A DNA stretch of 64,000 nucleotides from Limisphaerales bacterium (GTDB lineage: Bacteria; Verrucomicrobiota; Verrucomicrobiia; Limisphaerales; SIBE01). Under the pieces are notes generated by a model. It searched no databases. It was not told where the DNA came from and was given only the letters and a program-made list of their open reading frames with translations. Of the stretch, positions 8,921 to 16,023 are shown in pieces (positions within the stretch are counted from its first letter, which is position 1; each line of letters starts with the position of its first letter). The stretch lies in contig JBGAIN010000027.1 of assembly GCA_044225505.1 (NCBI GenBank), positions 687 through 64,686 on the forward strand. The letters run 5' to 3'. Both the position numbers and the translations under genes were made by a program.

Positions 8921-10492
8921 TCACTTAAAGGCGTAGAGATGGTGAACGGTGCGGACATAAAGGGTTCCGTTGGCCATGGCCGGTGTGGCAAAAATGGGCT
9001 CCTTGAGGTCATTTCGAGCAAGCACCTTGAATTCGGGACCCGCCGTAAATACAGCCACAACGCCACGATCCGATGCTGTATAGATCTTCCCGTCCGCAAC
9101 GATCGGCGAGGCGTAATACCCACCGGCCACTCCCGTGCGCTCCTGGTAGATAAGCCGGCCCGAGGCGGCATCACGACAGGTAACGATTCCATCGTTTCGA
9201 ATAAAGTAGAGGCGATCCTGATAGAACAACTCCGAGGCGACCTGCGGCAAACCTTTCTTTTCCGTCCAGAGCAGATTGGTTTTCGTGACGTCGCCCGTGC
9301 CCCCGCAACGGACCGCGATGGCCTTTGGCTCGGTCGCGGTGCACTCTTTGATGAATTGGTCGATCCCTTCCATGTTCTTAAGCCAATTGGCGCGGTCGAG
9401 CTTGATTACCTTTTCTTTGGAATCAAAAAGCAGCAAATCCCGAAGCGAAAAGTTGCCACTCCGATAGCTTTTCCCACTGAACTGCCTTTCGACGACCAGG
9501 AAATCCTCCGGAACCTCATCCGTGCTCAGCAGCTGATCGTGGTTTGAATCAAAACGCTGGAGCATCTCATCGAAGGTCGGAATTTTATGAATATTTTCGG
9601 CTTCGCCGAGTTCATGAGTGGAATACATGTAAACGTTGCCGCTTCCCAGCACGGGAGTGGAGCACGTTTCATTGGAGAGCCCGGTCACCCACCATTTTTC
9701 CTTGCCGTCTTTCAGCCGGTAGGCCGTGAATCTTCCTGGGGTCAAAAGTCCGATAAGTTTCTCGCCCTCTTCGGTCCAGTCGATAGGCGTCGCCCATCCC
9801 CGATCCCCTGGCTTCAGAGCTGTTTTCCAGGCGGTTTGCCCATCCTTTAGACTCACCGCCAAGAGGCACGGGTCTTTAGTCATGTGCAGATCAATTACAA
9901 CCCACTGGTCAGCGATGATGGGTGAGGATCCGCTCCCATGCATTCCGGAAGTATTGGATAACGGACGCTCCCACAGCAGTTTTCCTTGGAAATCGTGGGC
10001 TATCAATCCGTGGGATCCGAAATAGGATACCACGACCGAGCCGTCTGTCGCCGGAGTGGAAGAGGCGGGAGTGTTCGGGCTGAACATCGCGTCGATCTCT
10101 TCGATCTTCTGTGCCTGTGCGACTTGCTCCCAGAGCACATTTCCCGAATGCGATTGCAGGCACAGGGTCAACAGTTTTTGATCGTTGGTTCGAACGGCTG
10201 TAACAAAAAGGCGGTCACCCCATACGCACGGAGAAGAGTGTCCGGAAGGGAGAGCCACTTTCCAGGCAAGGCTCTTCTCGGGTCCAAAATCGACTGGGGG
10301 AAATGCTTTGCCCGACGCGACGCCAGAAGCGTTTGGCCCTCTGAACTGCGGCCATTGTTCCGCGGGATCGACAACGGCACCGGACACGAAGGAATTGGAG
10401 AGTGAGTGGACTCCAAGCCCGAGAAGAAAAAAGGCTTGGCCAAGCCGGCTCAAGGTGCTCAGGAGTTGGTGATTCCGTGAAGTAAATCCCAT
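8921..10492 (-). CDS. PQQ-like (BamB/YVTN-type) beta-propeller repeat protein, secreted
   Basis: 523 aa. Signal sequence followed by WPQFRGPNASGV, the typical opening of PVC PQQ-like propeller proteins. Repeated W/G-rich blades (LLWE, TAWK, KWWV, LYVRT..LYAF). Confidence 0.7.
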   Translation of the reverse strand: MGFTSRNHQLLSTLSRLGQAFFLLGLGVHSLSNSFVSGAVVDPAEQWPQFRGPNASGVASGKAFPPVDFGPEKSLAWKVALPSGHSSPCVWGDRLFVTAVRTNDQKLLTLCLQSHSGNVLWEQVAQAQKIEEIDAMFSPNTPASSTPATDGSVVVSYFGSHGLIAHDFQGKLLWERPLSNTSGMHGSGSSPIIADQWVVIDLHMTKDPCLLAVSLKDGQTAWKTALKPGDRGWATPIDWTEEGEKLIGLLTPGRFTAYRLKDGKEKWWVTGLSNETCSTPVLGSGNVYMYSTHELGEAENIHKIPTFDEMLQRFDSNHDQLLSTDEVPEDFLVVERQFSGKSYRSGNFSLRDLLLFDSKEKVIKLDRANWLKNMEGIDQFIKECTATEPKAIAVRCGGTGDVTKTNLLWTEKKGLPQVASELFYQDRLYFIRNDGIVTCRDAASGRLIYQERTGVAGGYYASPIVADGKIYTASDRGVVAVFTAGPEFKVLARNDLKEPIFATPAMANGTLYVRTVHHLYAFK

Positions 10493-10887
10493 AAAAGTTC
10501 CGCAGTGAGTTTGCCCAAACGTTTATCCCGAAGGTAGTTTTAGCCCGGTGAACACGCGATCTTATGGGATGCGATAGGCAAAATGTAAAGCGAGAAGAAG
10601 AGTAGCATCGCTGGCAATTTGGCAATTCCGCGAACGTTGAATGGAGGTCGGCGAAAAGCCCTGCGCCGACGACACCGCGGCTCTTTCCCACGACGTCAAG
10701 CACGACCGCATGGCCGCGACACCTTGTTCCTAATTCTCCTTCATCGAATTGCTATTGAACTGAAGGCGGGACTTTTGTCCGTCACACCATACGCGTGCAC
10801 CGTGCCTTGGGCGCCTCTTGTGAAGCACTGCGGCTTGGTGGGAGCCACGTGCATCCGCTCACTTTTGAATTGTGTAGGCGCTTGGGA

Positions 10888-11676
10888 ATGGATTATCACC
10901 CGCGCATGGCACATTTTGCCCTCAAATCGCGGCACTCACTACTGCTCTCAGGAATTGTGGCGCTTTTGTTAACACCGCTGACGACTCTGCCCGAGGATTC
11001 GGAGAGGACTTCTGATCCCACGCACGTCGATGCGAAGACCGAAAAGCCTTTGCCTTGGCCGAACGGCATTATTCCCTTTGATATTTCGAAGCTCAGTCCG
11101 GAGCAGGCGAACACGGCCACAATGGCCATGCGACTTTGGATGGATACTGGTGCAAACATCGTCTTTGTTCCGCGCACTACCGAAGAGGAGTATATCTACT
11201 TCACTGGCAACACGGGCGCCGGCAACAACACGACTTTCAATGGCTTCCGCAAAGGATCACGGCTCGACGTAAACATCACCGCGTTCTGGTGGCAGCAAGG
11301 CCCCTGGATGCCGGCCCACGAGTTGGGACACGCGCTCGGTTTCTTTCACGAACATCAGCGGTGGGACCGAGATCAGTATGTGATGATCCACTACGAGCAC
11401 ATTAAGCCCGGCCGCGAATCGGATTATGACTGGGTGCCCAAGTCCCATTGGATAGTCAGCACGCCGTCTTACGATTATCGATCGATCATGCACTATCGAA
11501 CCTGCTGGGCTTCCAAGTGCGAATCCGAATGCAAAGACGGAGTTGGCACCAGTCCTTGTGCAGTGATCGATCCCATTGGCACGGGCTTCGACCAGATTAT
11601 AGGCCAATGGACCGACAACAAGATCAGCCAGGGTGATGCCGAAAAGCTGCGTTTGATCTATGGGACAAAGAAGTGA
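10888..11676 (+). CDS. Astacin-family zinc metallopeptidase (MEROPS M12A)
   Basis: HELGHALGFFHEHQRWDRDQYV is the extended astacin signature HExxHxxGFxHExxRxDRD. SIMHY is the Met-turn. The track frame starts at 10795; the likely start is ATG 10888 or 10906, ahead of the hydrophobic LLLSGIVALLLTPL. Confidence 0.85.
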   Translation: MDYHPRMAHFALKSRHSLLLSGIVALLLTPLTTLPEDSERTSDPTHVDAKTEKPLPWPNGIIPFDISKLSPEQANTATMAMRLWMDTGANIVFVPRTTEEEYIYFTGNTGAGNNTTFNGFRKGSRLDVNITAFWWQQGPWMPAHELGHALGFFHEHQRWDRDQYVMIHYEHIKPGRESDYDWVPKSHWIVSTPSYDYRSIMHYRTCWASKCESECKDGVGTSPCAVIDPIGTGFDQIIGQWTDNKISQGDAEKLRLIYGTKK

Positions 11677-11802
11677 CGGGCTTTTCGCGCCTGATGTGAT
11701 TGACTGTATCGCTTCGGCAAGAGTGCGAAATGCGCGGGACGCCGGCGACTTCCTTCGGGGTTGCGACCAGATCAGCAGCGATGAAGACTTGGAAGGACAC
11801 CT

Positions 11803-11857
11803 GTGAAATGTCTCACACTCTGTCCGCAAATTGCGGACATCGTGTGAGACATTTCAC
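11803..11857. repeat. 55-nt near-perfect palindrome (16-bp + 9-bp stems)
   Basis: GTGAAATGTCTCACAC tc TGTCCGCAA a TTGCGGACA tc GTGTGAGACATTTCAC. It lies 127 nt downstream of the astacin stop. No T-run follows. Confidence 0.85.
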
Positions 11858-12011
11858 TGCTTGCGGTCGTCAGTTGATCCGTTTTGAACCAGAATTGGTA
11901 TTCGACTAGGCCAACTATCGTCCGAATATTGGGGAGCTCATGGGAGCGCGAGTTTTAACTGAGTTTTAACCTGCAGACATGGCCGAGTCGGGAGGGACGC
12001 TAGGGATCATT

Positions 12012-12125
12012 CGGTGCAAAGCCGCTCCAAGGCCGGTGCAAGGCCGGTGCAAGGCCGGTGCAAGGCCGGTGCAAGGCCGGTCGCGGAGCGGCATCGGACC
12101 GAGATTGCACCGGCCCTGCACCCCG
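12012..12125. repeat. Tandem 11-bp repeat (CAAGGCCGGTG, about 4.8 copies at 12028-12081) plus a downstream inverted copy (GCACCGGCC at 12107-12115); REP/REPIN-like
   Basis: Direct reading: caaggccggtg caaggccggtg caaggccggtg caaggccggtg caaggccgg. A degenerate copy lies upstream (cggtgcaaagcc). The downstream attGCACCGGCCctGCACC is the reverse complement of the repeat core. Confidence 0.8.
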
Positions 12126-12481
12126 GTTGGTCCGGAGAAACCATGTGAACTGATCGGAACGAAACGGAGCCAAACAGCGCTCAACTCCTGCGCGTCAGTC
12201 TGTTAAGATATCGTAGCCGTCGAGGTCACGAGGCGCTGTCGCCGACCAAATCCCTAAAAGGAATCAATCCGCCTCGTCCCCCTTGGGCGGCTACGAAGGT
12301 TGGAGCCAAGATTCAACTCACCTAAACTTCTCGTCACAAATCTGTGTGAGTTCTGGTGTCGCCACGGCAAGTAGCTACTGCTCAGAGGCCTGTGATTTCG
12401 TTAACGTTAAGATTTGAGCTTGCGCTCGATTTTCGAGACCGTTTTGGAGCCGTAACGAGGTGAGCTTTATTGCTAAGCTGC

Positions 12482-12800
12482 GCCTTGTCGGACGGCCAAC
12501 CAATTCGATTGCTGCGGCGAGATTCATTACGCGACCCATCGTGCCACAATGAAGCGTGGCTGTTGCAGTTTGCCCGAGACCGAGACGCCTCCTGGGACAT
12601 TCTCCGCCAGCCGTTAGAAGAGTCTGGTTGCTAGATCAGTTTGACTTCCAATCACGTGCACTTGCTGCTCGCTGCGGAGAATTGACTCCAGATTAGCGGT
12701 TTGATGCGGAACGCAGCGGGCCATTTCTTCCGGGCCTACAAGTGGCGCAAAGGGCGGACGAAGGCGGCTTGGGGCGATAGCTTTCATGCGAGCGCGATTG
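12482..12800 (+). pseudogene. Decayed REP-associated tyrosine transposase (RAYT / IS200-like Y1 transposase) fragment
   Basis: One frame reads ...FARDRDASWDILRQPLEESGC*ISLTSNHVHLLLAAEN*LQISGLMRNAAGHFFRAYKWRKGRTKAAWGDSFHASAI. It has the HUH motif (NHVHLL) and a region resembling ...NRR.GRTGHLWQGRFHS. Two in-frame stops, no intact N-terminus, and the C-terminal Tyr region is missing before the GH5 start. Confidence 0.45.
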
Positions 12801-12839
12801 TATGGCTATTTCAGGTGATCATCACTAGGCTTTATAGCC

Positions 12840-13949
12840 ATGAGACGTAAAAGACGCTTCTGCTCATGTCCGACTTTGGCGGTCGCGGCTATGATCGCCC
12901 TCGCTGGGATGGTCACGACCAACGCCGCAGAGGGTTCCAGATTCAAGGTAAAACGCGGCACCAATATCAGTCATTGGCTCAGCCAAAGCAGCCGCCGAGG
13001 AGATCAGCGCCGCAGCTGGTTCACCCGCGAGGATGTCGCCTTCATTGCCGGTCAAGGGTTTGACCACCTACGTATCCCCATGGATGAAGAGCAACTGTGG
13101 GACGAGTCCGGGAAGCGCGAATCTGAAGCGTTTGCGCTGCTGAACGCAGCTTTGGACTGGTGCGCGGAGTTCAATCTGAGCGCGATCGTAGACCTGCATA
13201 TCCTGCGCTCCCATCACTTCAATGAACGAGAACGCCCACTTTGGACCAAGCCGGAAGCGCAGGAGCGGTTCTTCCAATGCTGGCGTGAACTATCTGAGGT
13301 ACTGCAAAGCCGCCCGGTTGAACTGGTGGCCTACGAACTGATGAACGAACCGGTCGCAGACAAGCCGGAAGACTGGAACAATCTTGTGGCCAAGGCCGTC
13401 GCTGTGGTCCGGTCCAAAGAGCCGAAGCGTATCATCGTGATCGGGTCCAACCGCTGGCAATCGGCCGATACCTTTGACCAGCTAAAAGTCCCTGAGGGCG
13501 ATCCCAATATCCTGCTCAGTTTCCATTTCTATGAACCGTTCCTGTTAACTCACCATGAGGCCGGTTGGACGAGCATTGGTGCTTACAAAGGATCGGTGCG
13601 ATATCCTGGTCAGATAGTGGATGACGCCGATCTAACAAATCTCCCTGAGGCGTTGGGCAAAGAGATTCGTCGAAGGAACGGTCGCTGGGATCGTGCCCGT
13701 ATCGCGGCGGGAATGGCCAAGCCGCTTGCCCTCGCCCGGAAAACCCAGTTGCCACTCTATTGCGGCGAGTGGGGATGCCTTCCCACCGTGCCGCGTGAGT
13801 CACGGTTGGCCTGGTATCGCGATATGGCCAGTGTCTTGAATGAAAACGGCATTGGCTGGGCGACGTGGGACTACAAGGGCGGCTTTGGCCTCCGAACCCC
13901 GAATGGAAAGCCAGATGACGCACTCATCGGTATCCTGGTCGCCCAATGA
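12840..13949 (+). CDS. Glycoside hydrolase family 5 (cellulase/mannanase-type), secreted
   Basis: Signal peptide. GTNISHWL and HLRIPMD. YELMNEP contains the acid/base Glu in NEP. FHFYEP. CGEWG contains the nucleophile Glu. WATWDYKG. Confidence 0.85.
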   Translation: MRRKRRFCSCPTLAVAAMIALAGMVTTNAAEGSRFKVKRGTNISHWLSQSSRRGDQRRSWFTREDVAFIAGQGFDHLRIPMDEEQLWDESGKRESEAFALLNAALDWCAEFNLSAIVDLHILRSHHFNERERPLWTKPEAQERFFQCWRELSEVLQSRPVELVAYELMNEPVADKPEDWNNLVAKAVAVVRSKEPKRIIVIGSNRWQSADTFDQLKVPEGDPNILLSFHFYEPFLLTHHEAGWTSIGAYKGSVRYPGQIVDDADLTNLPEALGKEIRRRNGRWDRARIAAGMAKPLALARKTQLPLYCGEWGCLPTVPRESRLAWYRDMASVLNENGIGWATWDYKGGFGLRTPNGKPDDALIGILVAQ

Positions 13950-15280
13950 ACTCCACGACCATGGACCGACTCACTTGGCTCCGAACGTTCTGGGGTGTGC
14001 GTTTTCGCCAACACTTCGGATTGCTCGGAATGGCAGCGATGGTCTGCGTTGGACCCATCGGCACGTCAGGCGCCGATTGGCCTCAATGGCGTGGACCTGG
14101 TCGTGACGGACACGTTCCGATAAGCGAAGCCGTCCCAACAACCCTGCCCTCCGAGCTCAAGCCGCACTGGCGGATTCCAATCGGGAAAGGCTATGCCTCG
14201 CCGGTGGTGATCGGAGGGAAGTCCGATGGCACCGTTTTCTATAGTGACCTGCAGGATGGTAAAGAAGTCGTGCATGCGCTTCACACCGCTACTGGGGAGG
14301 AGTTGTGGCGGAGCCCCTTGGACGACTCGTTCAAGGATGACTGGGGCCAAGGACCGCGATGCACCTCCTCGGTCGATGGCCCGCTGCTATTTGCTCAATC
14401 CTGCCGAGGATTACTCCGTTGTCTGCAACGCGAGACAGGAACTCCCTTGTGGAGCAAGAATTTTGTCGCCGATTTCGGCGCCGTTTTCATGGGAGAGACG
14501 GGCCCGGCGGCAGGAGCAACGCGGCACGGAAACACGGGATCCCCCGTGGTTGACGGGCAGGGCTTAATTGCCCAAGCGGGCGGTCTCCAAGGCGCCAGCC
14601 TGGTCTGTCTGGACAAGGCGACCGGCGCTTTAGTTTGGAAAGCCGAAGGTGATACGGCGGGCAATGCCGCACCGATCATCGCTACGCTCGGTGGCGTTCG
14701 TCAGGTAATTTCATTTACCGCCTCGGGCCTGATCGGAGTCGATCGAAGCGACGGCAAGCTCCTGTGGCGTGTGCCGCTCAAAACACGTTTGGGCCGTCAC
14801 GTGACGACCCCGGTAGTCGTGGGCAACATGGTTATGGTCGGATCTTATGTGTTCGGCTTGGCGGGAGTTAAGGTGACCAGGGATGGGGCCGACTTCAAAG
14901 CGGAAACGGCCTGGATCAACAAAGAGGCGGCGATCAACTTCGCGTCGCCCGTCGCGGTTGGCGACACCATCTATGGTGTCGGACTCCAGAAGAATATCTA
15001 TTGTGCTCAAGCCCAGACCGGCCAAATCGCGTGGTCGCAAACCGGCTTGCTCTGGGGGAGCGGCGAAAAGGCTTTTGCGGCGTTCCTGGTGATGGGCAAG
15101 AACATCCTGATGCTCTCCGATAGCGGCGAACTGATCCTGTTCGCCGTCAATCCGACCAAATTTGATGCGGTCGCACGCGTCCAGGCTTGTGGTGTCACTT
15201 GGAGTTCGCCGGCGTATTCCGGCGGCGCCCTCTACTTGCGTGACGGCGAAGCGTTGCTTCGCTTGGACCTGATACCCTGA
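13946..15280 (+). CDS. PQQ-like beta-propeller repeat protein, secreted (paralogue type of 8921..10492)
   Basis: WPQWRGPGRDGHV opening motif, repeated blades (ELWRS, PLWSK, LVWKA, LLWRV, IAWSQ), and a C-terminal GGALYLRDGEALLRLDL. ATGA overlap with the GH5 stop. Confidence 0.7.
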   Translation: MNSTTMDRLTWLRTFWGVRFRQHFGLLGMAAMVCVGPIGTSGADWPQWRGPGRDGHVPISEAVPTTLPSELKPHWRIPIGKGYASPVVIGGKSDGTVFYSDLQDGKEVVHALHTATGEELWRSPLDDSFKDDWGQGPRCTSSVDGPLLFAQSCRGLLRCLQRETGTPLWSKNFVADFGAVFMGETGPAAGATRHGNTGSPVVDGQGLIAQAGGLQGASLVCLDKATGALVWKAEGDTAGNAAPIIATLGGVRQVISFTASGLIGVDRSDGKLLWRVPLKTRLGRHVTTPVVVGNMVMVGSYVFGLAGVKVTRDGADFKAETAWINKEAAINFASPVAVGDTIYGVGLQKNIYCAQAQTGQIAWSQTGLLWGSGEKAFAAFLVMGKNILMLSDSGELILFAVNPTKFDAVARVQACGVTWSSPAYSGGALYLRDGEALLRLDLIP

Positions 15281-15357
15281 ACGACAAGGCACGTCGATGA
15301 CTGCAAGGTCCTTTTAAAGCCCGCACACTCGTCAGAGGTATCGGCCCGCCCCCCCAA

Positions 15358-16023
15358 CTACGAAATCACCGCGTTGTGGTTCGTGGTCCTACGGTCAACA
15401 CGGCGCCAGAGAGGCCCGCACAACCAGGCGAGACAAGTGCCAAGGACCAACAGATGAGCGGCAGAGAACTCGGGTATCACGACTATCAGGCCAGAACCTA
15501 AGCTGAGCATTCCATCCAAGACTTCGCCCTTGCCAGTGACGAAAATGCTCTCGGATGCGCCAAGAGTGCGGTACAGCTCCAGGGCCAGTGGATAGCTTCG
15601 ACCCACCTCGCCCGAGAGATTCCTAAGGACGACCGTGGCAAGGACGTTTCCAGAATATGCCTGAACATCGGCTGCGAAAATGTCGACCGTCCCCTTTGCG
15701 GCAGCGAAGCCGTCACCCAGAGCGATCATGGGTCCGGGGCCCTGGACGCCATTGAAAGCCAGAGGCGGAGGAATGACAACCGAGGAGGCGCTTTCCACAC
15801 GGGCCATGGCCGCATCCCAGGCGATTCTAAGACCGTAACTGAACAACCCTGCCTCAGGGACCGGGTCGATCAGAACGGTAACACGCACGTCCGCGCCAGG
15901 CACAACAGAGTAAGATGCTTCCTGGAACCGGACTCTAAAAGTGCCTTGGGCAGCCGAGTGCTGTGTTGCGAGTAACCACAACAGCGTAACGATCAGGAAC
16001 GGTCTCATTTGAAAGTGCCTCAC
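15358..16023 (-). CDS. Small secreted cohesin-like beta-sandwich protein with a PEP-CTERM-like C-terminal sorting signal
   Basis: Signal peptide MRPFLIVTLLWLLATQHSAAQG. The ATG at 16008 is the more likely start, with GAGG 9 nt upstream; GTG 16023 overlaps the giant-gene stop. The roughly 150-aa body has a cohesin-like pattern: SYSVVPGADVRVTVLIDPVPEAGLFSYGLRIAWDAAMARVES...GNVLATVVLRNLSGEVGRSYPLALEL. The C-terminus VIPEF + SAAHLLVLGTCLAWLCGPLW + RRVDRR resembles PEP-CTERM. Confidence 0.5.
   Translation of the reverse strand: MRHFQMRPFLIVTLLWLLATQHSAAQGTFRVRFQEASYSVVPGADVRVTVLIDPVPEAGLFSYGLRIAWDAAMARVESASSVVIPPPLAFNGVQGPGPMIALGDGFAAAKGTVDIFAADVQAYSGNVLATVVLRNLSGEVGRSYPLALELYRTLGASESIFVTGKGEVLDGMLSLGSGLIVVIPEFSAAHLLVLGTCLAWLCGPLWRRVDRRTTNHNAVIS

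Noticed and set aside
12028-12081. Possible CRISPR array, because of short direct repeats.
   Set aside because: The units are only 11 bp and directly abutting, with no spacers, and there are no cas genes. It is a simple tandem repeat.
11979-12206. 75-aa ORF containing GRCKAGARPVQGR-type repeats.
   Set aside because: The peptide periodicity is just the translation of the 11-bp tandem DNA repeat. There is no start context or homology, so it is treated as a DNA-level repeat and not a gene.
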